DNA of 62,120 nt, filler included, from Candidatus Babelota bacterium (GCA_017999075.1; 8 parts of 8 records of this genome joined end to end with filler, not necessarily neighbours in it), one strand, 5' to 3'. Shown: positions 21,902 through 32,913, numbered from the whole stretch's first letter. Notes: a model not told the origin generated them from the sequence alone. Program-made: numbers and translations.

Positions 21902-23567
21902 TTAATTATTCAATATATGTTTTAATTGAATTGCTTTATGCGAGTATTCTGCATTTCCTGAACTTATCAAAGCATCAACAATTTTTTTCGAATTATCTAT
22001 TTTCCCTGCATAATAATACGATACTGCAAGATTATAAAGAATATCTAACCTTCCAGGAACAAAACTATTAGCCTGTTCAAAAAAAAACAACGCTTCATCA
22101 AATCTTTTTTCATTAAAATATAAATAAGCAAGTTTTATATTCGCATCAATATTATTTTTTATTTCCAAACTTCTTTTATAAAATATAACAGCTTCTTCTT
22201 TTCTATTCTGCTTCTCTCGAATAATCCCAAAAAAAATATTCCATAATTCATTTCTGTTTTCCGGCTTAACTATAAGCAAACATTTTTCTGCTTCACCATA
22301 AATCCCATATAAAGTAAACAAATTTGATATTCTCATATAATATTCATCATAATCAGGTTTTATATCAATAATGTCATTAAATATTTTAAGAAAACCTTGT
22401 TGATCTCCTTTCTGCAGGGAATATTCAATTTTTGAAAATAAAACTTCATAAATATATTTTGCTGAATTATATGCTTCCCAATTAATCATATTATTAATAC
22501 TTTCATATTTTTTTAATAATTCTTTATAATTATTTTTAAATTGATTATCATCTATTAAAATATTTTTATCGTCTGCAAAATTCGGATTTAAAACTTCATA
22601 TAAAACAAAACTGTTTCCTATTATTTTTTTCAACTTATATCCGTTAATTAACGGAATATCGAATGTTAAAAAAACTTTATGTTTTGACAAATTGTCGAAA
22701 ATTATGTCTTGCACGTCTCCGGTTTTTACAATAACTGTTCCATCCTTAACTTCAGGAAAAATATAATCAGGATATTCATTTTTTAAAAATCTAAAATAAT
22801 GTTCGGAAAAATAATTTTTTGAAATTAAAACAATTTTTTTACCCCTATTTTCCGAATAACAATAATAATTCAAAATCGGAGTTAAAATATCGCCGGAAAT
22901 TAGAATAGAATTTTCCGGGATATAAGCAATAATATCTTTCCCTATATCTGATTCAATGAAAAAACCGCGTTTAGAACAAAATTCGGAATTTTTACTATAT
23001 TTATTCCAACAAAAAAATAAAGATATTAAAATCAGAAACATTATAATAATTTTGTTGTTTATAAATTTTATAACTGATCCGCTAAGTAAAGCGATTGAAT
23101 AAAAAGATATCAAATAATAATAATCTATATCCGCTGTTTTATAATTCAAAGATATAATAACATTCGATATAATAATTAACATTATTAACAATAAATATTT
23201 ATAATTTTTAAAAAAAAGAAAACATATTCCTGATGCTGAAAGTAATAATTCAAAAATGGAAAAATTGTTTATTGTCAGCTTTATAAAATATTCAAATCTT
23301 TTAAACAATTCAGCAGAATCAGCAGAAAATAAATTCATACCGTATTTTCTGGCAGTCATAACATCAAACAATTTTGATAAAGTATCAGGGTTTTCAATAT
23401 TAATAACCGGATTGCTTTTTGCTCTTATCATTATAATTAAATATAAGCAAAGCGGCAATAAAAATAAAAAAAACATTTTGAAAATCAATTTCGGATTTAT
23501 CTGTATTTTTTTATAATTTAAAATTATAAAAATTATATATGCAGGAGCAGTAAACATGATTATAGGA
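21902..23567 (-). CDS. DUF2723/TMEM260-like membrane glycosyltransferase with C-terminal TPRs, 5'-truncated
   Basis: LYLIIMIRA..NP.IN..NPDT...F motif, multiple TMs, DYYY loop, TPR helices. Confidence 0.6.
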
Positions 23568-23667
23568 NNNNNNNNNNNNNNNNNNNNNNNNNNNNNNNNN
23601 NNNNNNNNNNNTTAATTAATTAANNNNNNNNNNNNNNNNNNNNNNNNNNNNNNNNNNNNNNNNNNNN
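23568..23667. other. Artificial contig linker
   Basis: N-TTAATTAATTAA-N. Confidence 0.98.
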
Positions 23668-23669
23668 GT

Positions 23670-24986
23670 ACTGTTTCAGCGGGAATCGCAAATATGATAA
23701 CAGACAAATTTGTTGATGAACGAAAATTAAACTGGAGTTCCGCTGAAAAAGCAAGAGTTGCCGCAGGCTGTCTTGGAGTAAAAAAAACTACAGGCCAGCA
23801 TCCCGGAGGATTAATAATAGTTCCAAAAGACAAAGAAATTTATGAGTTTTGCCCAATTCAATATCCTTCTGACAGAAGTGAAGACGATGTAATTACGACT
23901 CATTTTGATTATCATAAAATGGAAAATCAGCTTGTAAAACTCGATATGTTAGGACAAGATGATCCTGCTCAGCTTCTTCTGCTTAAAGAATATACAAACT
24001 TTGACTTCAATAATATTCCTTATGACGATTTTCCTACTCTTAAACTATTTTCTTCAACTGAATCAATAGGACTGAAAGAACAGGATCTTGACGTAAAAAC
24101 AGCTACTTACGCAGTTCCTGAATTTGGAACAGAATTTGTTCGTGGTATGCTCGAAGACACGCGTCCGAAAAATATCGGAGAACTAATAAGAATATCCGGA
24201 CTGTCTCACGGAACTGACGTGTGGCAGAATAATGCTCAGGATTTGATACGCAGCGGAAAAATAAAACTAAACCAGGTTATTTCCGCCCGCGATGATATTA
24301 TGCTTTATCTTATAAATACAGGAATGGAACCTCATAAAGCTTTTAAGATTATGGAAAATGTAAGAAAAGGAAGAGGATTAAAAGAAGACGAAATAAAATT
24401 AATGTCAGAACTCGGAGTGCCCAAATGGTATATCAATTCATGCAAAAAAATAAAATATCTGTTTCCTAAAGCTCACGCCGTGGCGTATGTTGTAATGGCT
24501 TACAAAATAGCTTATTACAAAGTCCATTTTCCTGTTGAGTTTTACGCTTCATTTTTTACAATAAAATCAGATTTGCTTAATGCCGAATATATGTTGATGG
24601 ATATTAAACAAATAATTGCTTTGTTAAAACAAAGACAAAAAGAAAAATATTCTTTAACTCAAAAAGAACGTGTAGAAATAACTATTCTTGAAGTTTTAAA
24701 AGAATTGAAACTAAGAAAAATTAAAATTAAAAAAGTCGATATAAAAAAATCTCTGGCTCATAAATCACTTGTCGAAAACAATGAAATACTTCCGCCTCTT
24801 GTTTCAATTCCTGGATTAGGATTGAAAGCAGCTGAAAATATTGTTGCGGAACGCGAGAAAGAAGAATTCAGAACTATTGACGATTTCTGCCATAGATGTA
24901 AAATAAACAAAAAAGTTCTTGAAGAACTTAATAAATTCGAATGTCTTACAGAATTACCTGAATCAGAAACTTATTCTTTATTTTAA
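23670..24986 (+). CDS. polC: PolC-type DNA polymerase III alpha, C-terminal part
   Basis: GVKKTTGQHPGG, KLDMLG.DDP, PEFGT.FVR.ML, SGLSHGTDVW, KIKYLFPKAHA. Confidence 0.95.
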   Translation, partial: TVSAGIANMITDKFVDERKLNWSSAEKARVAAGCLGVKKTTGQHPGGLIIVPKDKEIYEFCPIQYPSDRSEDDVITTHFDYHKMENQLVKLDMLGQDDPAQLLLLKEYTNFDFNNIPYDDFPTLKLFSSTESIGLKEQDLDVKTATYAVPEFGTEFVRGMLEDTRPKNIGELIRISGLSHGTDVWQNNAQDLIRSGKIKLNQVISARDDIMLYLINTGMEPHKAFKIMENVRKGRGLKEDEIKLMSELGVPKWYINSCKKIKYLFPKAHAVAYVVMAYKIAYYKVHFPVEFYASFFTIKSDLLNAEYMLMDIKQIIALLKQRQKEKYSLTQKERVEITILEVLKELKLRKIKIKKVDIKKSLAHKSLVENNEILPPLVSIPGLGLKAAENIVAEREKEEFRTIDDFCHRCKINKKVLEELNKFECLTELPESETYSLF

Positions 24987-25070
24987 AAAGAATTTTCATC
25001 CGCGTTCAGATGCCTGAAAATACAATGAAAATTCTGAAACATTTAAAACGGGTTATATTATAATATAAAT

Positions 25071-25781
25071 ATGAATTCTATAATAAAAAAAATCAGATAT
25101 GAATTAAAAAAAAATTGTGATGAGAAATTTAAAAAAAGCGGACAGCGTTTTTTCAAAGAAGAAGTTAAATTATACGGAGTTAAAAGCTGGATTGTAAGAA
25201 AAATTTCTAAAGACAATTTTAAAAACATTAAGGATAAAACTAAAAAGGAATTATTCGCAATATGCGAAGAATTATTGAAATCAGGTTATCTGGAAGAATC
25301 TTTTATCGCTTGCCATTGGTCTGAATTTTCAAATAAAGATTTTGATAAACCGGATATAAATACTTTTGAACACTGGATTGACAGATATATAAAAAACTGG
25401 GCAACATGCGACACTTTTTGTAATCATACAGTAGGCGGGTACATTGAAAAATATCCTGAAAAAATTCAAGTCTTAAAAAAGTGGGCAAAATCAGATAATT
25501 TATGGATGCGGCGCTCATCTGCTGTTTCACTTATAATTCCGGCTAAACGAGGATTGTTTCTCAATCAAATTTTTGAGATTGCGAACATTTTGTTAGAAGA
25601 TAAAAATGATATGGTTCAGAAAGGCTGCGGTTGGATGCTGAAAGAAGCATCAAAAAATCACACTGATGAAATATTTAATTATGTTTTAGAAAATAAAAAA
25701 AAAATGCCGCGAACTGTTCTTAGATACGCTATAGAAAAAATGCCTAAAGATTTGAAAGTCAAAGCAATGAAACGCGAATAA
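25071..25781 (+). CDS. alkD: AlkD-family DNA alkylation repair glycosylase
   Basis: NWATCD, W.RR, MVQKG.GWMLKE, MPRT.LRYAIEK. Confidence 0.85.
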   Translation: MNSIIKKIRYELKKNCDEKFKKSGQRFFKEEVKLYGVKSWIVRKISKDNFKNIKDKTKKELFAICEELLKSGYLEESFIACHWSEFSNKDFDKPDINTFEHWIDRYIKNWATCDTFCNHTVGGYIEKYPEKIQVLKKWAKSDNLWMRRSSAVSLIIPAKRGLFLNQIFEIANILLEDKNDMVQKGCGWMLKEASKNHTDEIFNYVLENKKKMPRTVLRYAIEKMPKDLKVKAMKRE

Positions 25782-25826
25782 TTCTAACTTCCAGCAAAGA
25801 AAAAAAGCCTCTTTCAGAACATTATT

Positions 25827-26759
25827 CTATTCACATTCGTAAGGTTTTCCAATTGCAGCAGGAGGAACTGATTTACCTATAAATCCTGCTAATGCGACTA
25901 TTGTAAGAACATAAGGTATCATTTGTATAAACTGTGTAGGAATTCCTGCGCCTATACTCTGCAAAGTTATTTGTACGGCTTCTGCAAAACCAAACAGCAG
26001 GCACGCAGCAGCTGCTCCTAACGGCGACCATTTCCCGAATATAACTGCAGCTATAGCTATAAATCCTCTGCCGTTAGACATACCGTCTGTAAACTGATGC
26101 TGATCCAATGCAAGCCATGCTCCGCCAAGTCCTGCAAAACATCCACTCAGTAAAACACAAATGTATCTGATATAATTAACTTTCACTCCTAAAGTATCTG
26201 CTGCTTCAGGATGTTCGCCTACTGCCCTCAGTCTCAAGCCGAAAACAGTTTTAAATATGACAAAATGAGAAATAAGAACTATTATTATTGTAAATATTAT
26301 AAAAGGGTTTCCTATAATTTGATTTATTGTGTCGATAATCTGTAATTTTCCAGGAATAATTCTAAAAATTTTTATACCTTCAACGCGCGCAGAATTACTT
26401 GAACTGTCAAAAAATATTTTCAAAAAAAACTTTGTCAATCCTACTGACAACAAATTTATTGCTACTCCGCTTATTATCTGGTCTGCTTTAAACCTTATTG
26501 AAACCACAGCGTGAATCAAAGCTGTTAACATTCCACAGACAACAGCTGATAAAAGCCCAAAAAACGGGCTTCCTGTAAAATATGTTCCTAACACTGCAGC
26601 AAATGCTCCATTAAGCATAATTCCTTCAAGCGCGATATTTGTTACCCCGCTCCGTTCTGAAAACACTCCGCCCATTGCAGCAAGTATGTAAGGAATACTG
26701 ATTCTTATCAACTGCGCAAAAAAAACTATTGAAAATATATTAGTTAAAAATTCCGACAT
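25827..26759 (-). CDS. Nucleoside ABC transporter permease
   Basis: SERSGVTNIALEG, GLRLRAVGEHP.AADT.G, GRGFIA.AA..FG.W. Confidence 0.9.
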   Translation of the reverse strand: MSEFLTNIFSIVFFAQLIRISIPYILAAMGGVFSERSGVTNIALEGIMLNGAFAAVLGTYFTGSPFFGLLSAVVCGMLTALIHAVVSIRFKADQIISGVAINLLSVGLTKFFLKIFFDSSSNSARVEGIKIFRIIPGKLQIIDTINQIIGNPFIIFTIIIVLISHFVIFKTVFGLRLRAVGEHPEAADTLGVKVNYIRYICVLLSGCFAGLGGAWLALDQHQFTDGMSNGRGFIAIAAVIFGKWSPLGAAAACLLFGFAEAVQITLQSIGAGIPTQFIQMIPYVLTIVALAGFIGKSVPPAAIGKPYECE

Positions 26760-26786
26760 ATAATATAACCACCTGATTTTAACGCG

Positions 26787-27839
26787 TCATTTCGAAGATT
26801 TAAACAATAACCGTTTTACTTCAGAACTCGCTGCAACAACAAAAATTATCACTACAGCCTGCAGTATATCTACAAGTTCTTTCGGAACTACTGAATTTAT
26901 TACAAGTCCGCCCTGGCTTAATATTCCAAATAATAACGCTGCTGCAACAACTCCGGCAGGATGATTTTTACCAAGCAGAGCTACAGCTATTCCCATAAAT
27001 CCAAGTCCTGAAGAAAATCCTTCTTCAAAATAATATTTATATCCCATGACAAAATTCAGTCCAACAAGACCTGCTATCCCTCCGGAAATTGCCATTGACA
27101 ATGTTATTAATTTTTTAACATTTATTCCTGCTGTTTCTGCTGCAGCCGGGTTTAATCCAACTGCTCTTAATTCATATCCAAATTTGGTTTTCCATAAAAT
27201 TATATAAACAATCAGACATGCAATTAAACTCAATATAAAAGACAAGTTTGCAGCAGAACCTTTAAATAAAGAAAAATATTCGTATAACCGCGCAAGTTTG
27301 GCATTAGCAATAATATCCTGAGTATGCAATGTTTCAGGAACTTTAAAATAAGTTACAACAAGATAATTCACTAAAGCCATAATTATAAAGTTCAGCATAA
27401 TTGTGTTTATCACTTCATGAGAACCGAGTTTTGCCTTTAATATGCCTGGAATAAATCCGGCGGTAAATCCGGCAATAAATCCGGCCCCTATGCATAATAA
27501 CACTGCAATTATTACAGGAGTTCCTGAAGGAAGATAAGAACCGGCAAGAGCAGTAGCAAACGCTCCTATATAAAGCTGACCTTCAGCTCCGATATTGAAT
27601 AATCCGGTTCTAAATGCAAATGCAACGGATAAACCAGCTAATATCAAAGGAGTGGTTTTAAAAATGACCTGACCAATTCCATACGGGTTAAAAATTGTTC
27701 CTTCAAGCAAAATTTTATATACTTTTAGAGGAGATTCATTATATAGTAATATCAAAATATCGCTTACAAGTAATGCAAGCAATACGGCAAAAACCGGTGT
27801 AAGTATTTCTATAAAAATTTTTTTCTTGCCATCAGTCAT
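26787..27839 (-). CDS. Nucleoside ABC transporter permease
   Basis: GLFNIGAEGQ, HEVINTIMLN, GYELRAVG.N..AA. Confidence 0.9.
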   Translation of the reverse strand: MTDGKKKIFIEILTPVFAVLLALLVSDILILLYNESPLKVYKILLEGTIFNPYGIGQVIFKTTPLILAGLSVAFAFRTGLFNIGAEGQLYIGAFATALAGSYLPSGTPVIIAVLLCIGAGFIAGFTAGFIPGILKAKLGSHEVINTIMLNFIIMALVNYLVVTYFKVPETLHTQDIIANAKLARLYEYFSLFKGSAANLSFILSLIACLIVYIILWKTKFGYELRAVGLNPAAAETAGINVKKLITLSMAISGGIAGLVGLNFVMGYKYYFEEGFSSGLGFMGIAVALLGKNHPAGVVAAALLFGILSQGGLVINSVVPKELVDILQAVVIIFVVAASSEVKRLLFKSSK

Positions 27840-29365
27840 TTTACAGCTCCAGTCATTAACATGCCAAGTTCATTTTCATTTGTATTTTTTGTTTCAAGTA
27901 TTTTAACTATTCTGCCTTTATACAAAACAGCAACCCTGTCGCTCAATGATAAAATTTCAGATAATTCTGCGGATATAAGCAGACATGCTTTACAATTTTC
28001 ACGAGCTTTTAATATTTGTTTATGGATAAATTCAATTGCGCCGATATCCACTCCTCGAGTAGGCTGGGCAGCTATGAGCAGTTTGAAATCACGGTTGAAT
28101 TCTCTTGCTATAATTACTTTTTGCTGATTTCCTCCTGACAAACCTCTTACCACACAATTTTTGTCATTTGGTCTAATATCAAACTCTGCAATCCGTTCAT
28201 CACTGTATTTATATATATCATTTTGTTTTAAAAAACCGGATGATGTAAACAAATGCTGCTGACCAAGAATTAAATTATCTGATATATTATATTCAAGAAC
28301 CAGCCCGCGTTTATGGCGGTCTTCAGGAATATGAGAAACACCTGATTCCAAACGTTGAAAAGTAGAATATTCTGAAACATCAGTATTAAGAAATTTTATT
28401 TCTCCGGACACAATTTTGTCTTTATTCAAATTCATAATTGATTCTATCAGTTCAGTCTGACCGTTTCCTTCTACTCCGGCGATACCTAATATTTCACCTG
28501 CATTAATCTCAAAACTTACAGAATCAAGAGCAAGGGTTTCCTTATTTTTTCTTACAGATAAATTTTTTACTGAAATAATTTCATTACCTTTAACCACATC
28601 ATTTTTTTCAACGCGCAGAAGAACATCGCGTCCAACCATCATCTTGGCTATTTCCTGAGGAGTAGTTTTTTTAGTTTCAATTGATCCGACTGTTTCGCCC
28701 TGCCTCATAACAGTTATATTATCAGAAATTTCAATGACTTCATCAAGTTTATGCGTAATAATAATCACTGTTTTTCCCTGAGTTACCAGTGATTTTATGA
28801 CTTTAAAAAATTCACGGACTTCCTGCGGAGTCAATACTGCAGTCGGTTCATCAAGAATAAGTATTTCAGCGCCTCTGTATAAAACTTTAATAATTTCAAC
28901 ACGCTGATTTTCTCCTACTGAAAGATCTTCTATTTTTTTTGACGGGTCAATACTTAAATTAAATTCATCTGATAATTTTTTTATTCTGGCATCAGCTTCA
29001 CAAATATCAATTTTTAATCCGGAAGTTATTTCCATTCCAAGTATTACATTTTCTGAAACTGTTAAAGGAGGCACAAGCATAAAATGCTGATGTACCATAC
29101 CTATTTTATGTTTTATCGCATTATTCGGAGAATGACTTTCTATCCGTTCGCCATTAATAAAAATTTCTCCTTCATCAGGCTGATACAATCCGTATAAGGT
29201 TTTCATTAATGTAGATTTTCCGGCACCATTTTCTCCTACAATAGCATGAACTTCAGCTTTTTTTACAGCCAAATTAACATTTTTGTTTGCCGTAACTTTA
29301 CCAAACCGTTTAACAATATTTTTTAATTCAATCACGAATTGTTCAGTCAATTTTTTCAACCTCAA
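27836..29365 (-). CDS. Nucleoside/sugar ABC transporter ATPase (double domain)
   Basis: GENGAGKST, LDEPT, LSGGNQQK, QPTRGVD. Confidence 0.93.
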   Translation of the reverse strand: MRLKKLTEQFVIELKNIVKRFGKVTANKNVNLAVKKAEVHAIVGENGAGKSTLMKTLYGLYQPDEGEIFINGERIESHSPNNAIKHKIGMVHQHFMLVPPLTVSENVILGMEITSGLKIDICEADARIKKLSDEFNLSIDPSKKIEDLSVGENQRVEIIKVLYRGAEILILDEPTAVLTPQEVREFFKVIKSLVTQGKTVIIITHKLDEVIEISDNITVMRQGETVGSIETKKTTPQEIAKMMVGRDVLLRVEKNDVVKGNEIISVKNLSVRKNKETLALDSVSFEINAGEILGIAGVEGNGQTELIESIMNLNKDKIVSGEIKFLNTDVSEYSTFQRLESGVSHIPEDRHKRGLVLEYNISDNLILGQQHLFTSSGFLKQNDIYKYSDERIAEFDIRPNDKNCVVRGLSGGNQQKVIIAREFNRDFKLLIAAQPTRGVDIGAIEFIHKQILKARENCKACLLISAELSEILSLSDRVAVLYKGRIVKILETKNTNENELGMLMTGAVK

Positions 29366-29368
29366 TCA

Positions 29369-30424
29369 TTATTCTTTTAAAAAAGTTTTAATTTGAATTT
29401 CTCCTGAAATTATTTTTTCTTTTAATTGAATAACTTTATTATAAACAGCAGGAGGTATCAGATTTTCATTATTTTTATCATATACAAAACCAACGCCGTC
29501 TTCTTTCAGTCCGAGTATTTTAATCCCCCCGGTAAATTTTTTATCATAACATTCTTTTATTATATTATATACTGCAACATCAACTTTTTTAAGCATGCTT
29601 GTCAGTATATGTCCGGGCATGTCTCCATACTGATCCGCATCTACTCCTATAGCTAATTTATTCATTGCTTTAGCTGCTTCAAAAACTCCAAGTCCTGTTG
29701 ATCCTGAAGCGTGATATATTATATCAGCGTTATTACCATATTGACTCATTCCAAGTTCTTTTCCTTTTGCAGGATCCTTAAATGCAACTCCTGTGACTCC
29801 CGCATAATTAGAAACAACTTCAATGTCAGGTTTCACATATCTTGCTCCCTGTTTATAACCTGCTTCAAACTTATTTATCAAAGGAATATTCATTCCTCCG
29901 ACAAACCCTATTTTCCCTGTTTTTGAACACAAAGCTGCAAGAGCACCTACCAAAAAAGATCCCTCTTCTTCTTTAAATTTCAATGCAGCCACATTCGGAG
30001 GCGGTAGAATATCATTTCCTTTTTCATCCTGCAGTACAACATAATCTACCCCTGCAAAATTTACTTCAGGATATTCAACAGCAATATTTTTCAAATCGTC
30101 GGTAAATATAAAACCTATTCCCATTATTATATCAAATTTCTTTGCTGCAAGAATTCTTATGGCTGATTCCCTGTCAGCGCCTTCCCCGGGTTCAATGTAT
30201 TCAGCATAAATTCCAAGTTCTTTAACCGCACGCATCAAACCGTTATAAGCAGAATCGTTAAACGATTTGTCTCCTCTGCCTCCTACGTCAAACACAAGTC
30301 CTGCTTTCAATTTATTTTTATCTGATGATTTAGAGGTATCATGCGAAGAATTAACGAATAAAAATATTATATTTAAAATTAAAACAGTAATTATTAAAAT
30401 ATAAAATTTTTTCATGAATGTCAT
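29369..30424 (-). CDS. BMP-family nucleoside-binding protein
   Basis: GGRGDKSFN, F.EEEGSFLVG, IGVDADQ. Confidence 0.9.
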   Translation of the reverse strand: MTFMKKFYILIITVLILNIIFLFVNSSHDTSKSSDKNKLKAGLVFDVGGRGDKSFNDSAYNGLMRAVKELGIYAEYIEPGEGADRESAIRILAAKKFDIIMGIGFIFTDDLKNIAVEYPEVNFAGVDYVVLQDEKGNDILPPPNVAALKFKEEEGSFLVGALAALCSKTGKIGFVGGMNIPLINKFEAGYKQGARYVKPDIEVVSNYAGVTGVAFKDPAKGKELGMSQYGNNADIIYHASGSTGLGVFEAAKAMNKLAIGVDADQYGDMPGHILTSMLKKVDVAVYNIIKECYDKKFTGGIKILGLKEDGVGFVYDKNNENLIPPAVYNKVIQLKEKIISGEIQIKTFLKE

Positions 30425-30551
30425 TTTAATAGTTATTTTAAATAATGCAACAATAAATTCAAAAAAACTTATTTTAGATATTTACTTGACAAAATCAATA
30501 TAAAATTATATTTTTAGTCAAATCGAAATAAATTTTAGGAGGAAATATTTT

Positions 30552-31313
30552 ATGAACAAATCTGGAGAAAACAAAAAAAATGCACCGCAAATGTTAATAG
30601 GTGAAGGAATAGTCGTAACGTTAGGGAAAAACAATAATGTTATAAATAACGGCGCTGTTCTTGTAGAAGGAGAAAAAATCAAGGATATAGGAACAACTTC
30701 GGTTTTGAAAAAAAAATATCCTAAAGCCTCATATCTTGACGCTAAAAATAAACTTATAATGCCTGGTTTCATAAATACTCACATGCATTTATACAGCACT
30801 TTTGCAAGAGGACTCGGCAAAGCTGCTCCATCAAAAAATTTTCCTGAAATATTAAAAAATCTATGGTGGAGACTTGATAAAAAATTAAATATGGATGATG
30901 TTTATTACAGCGCTGTCATTCCAATGATTGACTGCATTAAACATGGAACTACTACAATAATAGATCATCACGCAAGCCCGAACTCTATTACAGGAAGCCT
31001 GGATACAATAGCAAAAGCAACTAAAAAAGCAGGTATAAGAGCAAGCTTGTGTTATGAAACATCGGATCGCGACGGTCAAAAAATAGCCGACGAAGGAATT
31101 GAAGAAAATTATAATTTTGTAAAAAAATGCGATACTGCTAAAGATTCTATGATTTCTGGATTATTCGGACTTCATGCTTCAATGACTATTTCAGCTAAAA
31201 CACTTGAAAAATGCGTAAAAAAAGTAAATGAGTTAAATACAGGTTTTCATGTTCATACTGCAGAAGATATTTCCGATCTAAACGATTCAAAAAAAAATAT
31301 TAAAGCTGCGTAA
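30552..31313 (+). CDS. ssnA: SsnA-like amidohydrolase, breaks near contig end
   Basis: PGFINTHMHLYS, LWWRLD, IIDHHASP, GLHAS, HVHTAE; C-terminal half absent. Confidence 0.8.
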   Translation: MNKSGENKKNAPQMLIGEGIVVTLGKNNNVINNGAVLVEGEKIKDIGTTSVLKKKYPKASYLDAKNKLIMPGFINTHMHLYSTFARGLGKAAPSKNFPEILKNLWWRLDKKLNMDDVYYSAVIPMIDCIKHGTTTIIDHHASPNSITGSLDTIAKATKKAGIRASLCYETSDRDGQKIADEGIEENYNFVKKCDTAKDSMISGLFGLHASMTISAKTLEKCVKKVNELNTGFHVHTAEDISDLNDSKKNIKAA

Positions 31314-31410
31314 ATGGAAAATGGTATAAAAATAATTTTTTCAGTTAAAAAACTAATCATACTTAATTGAAACCATATTTAACAAAAAAAAATGGATTTG
31401 TTCCCCAAAA

Positions 31411-31510
31411 NNNNNNNNNNNNNNNNNNNNNNNNNNNNNNNNNNNNNNNNNNNNTTAATTAATTAANNNNNNNNNNNNNNNNNNNNNNNNNNNNNNNNNN
31501 NNNNNNNNNN
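31411..31510. other. Artificial contig linker
   Basis: N-TTAATTAATTAA-N. Confidence 0.98.
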
Positions 31511-31522
31511 CGCACTTTATTT

Positions 31523-31792
31523 TCATTTGTATGCGTTGCCACGTGGAAGAATAGCATAGACGTAAAGCATTTGGGAATATTTATCTGGAGTAAATAAAAG
31601 CCGCCAATCGCCGACACGCAACCGGTAATCTCATTTTAGTTCGCCGCTTAGATTTTTTACATTTATGTGCGTAAACGGATTATTGGATTTTTGCAATTCG
31701 ATTAAGGCGTTTTTTATACGTTTCTTTGTTGGAATATCCAGTTTGACGTATTGTTTTAAAGCGTTAGGTTTAATCTCAATGGTCCAATTCAC
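31523..31792 (-). pseudogene. RelE/ParE-family toxin with internal TGA (31631-31633)
   Basis: Manual translation from GTG: MNWTIEIKP...KNLSGELK*DYRLRVGDWRLLF...ILPRGNAYK; overlaps 3' end of antitoxin. Confidence 0.8.
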
Positions 31793-32015
31793 TTAGTGAT
31801 TTCCCTTTTACTCCTTTACGAATTTCATCTTTTCCTTTTTGTATTGATTTATAAAACTCTTTATTTCCGATAAGTTCTAATGTTTCTTTATATGTATCTA
31901 TAAAATCAATAACAGCTTTTTCGATAAGATTTGGAATACTTTTGTTTTCGGTTTTGGAAATAGTCAATAGTTCGTTTTCAATAGACGTATTTAATGACAA
32001 GATTGTTTGCGGCAT
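31776..32015 (-). CDS. Putative type II antitoxin
   Basis: 79 aa, ETLEL...F.KSI.KG..EI..G C-terminus; GGAGG RBS; directly upstream of relE-like gene. Confidence 0.7.
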   Translation of the reverse strand: MPQTILSLNTSIENELLTISKTENKSIPNLIEKAVIDFIDTYKETLELIGNKEFYKSIQKGKDEIRKGVKGKSLSELDH

Positions 32016-32205
32016 ATAAACGCCTCCAGAATAATTATTGTGCTTATTTATTATATTAGATTAATTTTGATTTGTCAAATTATAATTTTAAATCCTCGAA
32101 TCAAAAAAAATATTAACAGCAATTTGCGGTTTGAATTATAATAAGTAAATATAATGCGCTCAGTGATAAGAATAATCGTAGTCGCTGTTTTTTTTCTTTT
32201 CATTT

Positions 32206-32340
32206 TTAGTATGCGTCGCCGCGCGGGAAAATAACGAATATGTAAAACGTTTAAGAAAGTTTGGCTGGCGTAAATAATAATCGCCAGTTGCAATCACGCA
32301 GTAGGTAATCGCCATTTGATTTACAACTTACGGATTTCGT
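32206..32340 (-). pseudogene. Degenerate second copy of the relE-like 3' half
   Basis: GDYLLRDCNWRLLFTPAKLS*TFYIFVIFPRGDAY* versus DYRLRVGDWRLLFTPDKYSQMLYVYAILPRGNAYK. Confidence 0.75.
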
Positions 32341-32366
32341 CTTTTCCGCTATTATTTGATTTATAA

Positions 32367-32600
32367 AAATTCGGATACAGAATTCAAAAATGTGACTGTT
32401 GCGGAAACGAAACTGTCCTGAACAACTCCTGTAGAAACAGGCATTGTCCGCAATGTCAGAACCTCAAACGCGAAAAATGGCTACTCAACAGAAAAATAGA
32501 ATTATTGCCCTGCCGTTATTTTCATATAATATTTACTCTGCCGAATTCATTGAACAATCTTGTTTTCAATAATCAGTTTGAACTAGTGTCCAATTGTTAA
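32367..32600 (+). pseudogene. IS91-family transposase remnant (zinc-binding domain)
   Basis: Start-less frame CDCCG...NSCRNRHCPQCQ...W......LLPCRYFHIIFTLP. Confidence 0.85.
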
Positions 32601-32814
32601 TTGTTGAAATAGGACACAACTGCCACCTAATCCGCTAAGGCGAATTTATTAATTTTAGGGTATTCAATAGTAAAAATTATCCACCGAATACACCGAATTT
32701 CACCGAATCTAATTAAATCTAATCAACGTAAATCTGACTACCTATCGTCAAAATTAAAACCTGCCGCATTTTGACATTTTTAAATATGACTTTTGACTAT
32801 ACGGCACTTTTTTT
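32592..32814 (+). repeat. Direct repeat A, copy 1 (contains CACCGAAT x3)
   Basis: Near-identical to 33940-34130 apart from a ~33-bp insertion. Confidence 0.9.
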
Positions 32815-32866
32815 CTTTTTTTAGGAATCCACGCGAAAAATTTTAAATTGAATATATTAAAATTGT

Positions 32867-32895
32867 TTGACAAAATCCGCGTTTTTAAATATATT
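32867..32895 (+). promoter_or_regulatory. sigma70-type promoter
   Basis: TTGACA-17bp-TATATT upstream of GAGGTG RBS and ATG 32914. Confidence 0.6.
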
Positions 32896-32913
32896 AATAT
32901 TGAGGTGATAAAA

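Noticed and set aside
31280-31410. Genuine ssnA truncation
   Set aside because: Break occurs at a poly-A run ~100 bp from a contig end, so an assembly error is at least as likely
32075-32293. 72-aa ORF
   Set aside because: Out-of-frame reading across the decayed relE copy
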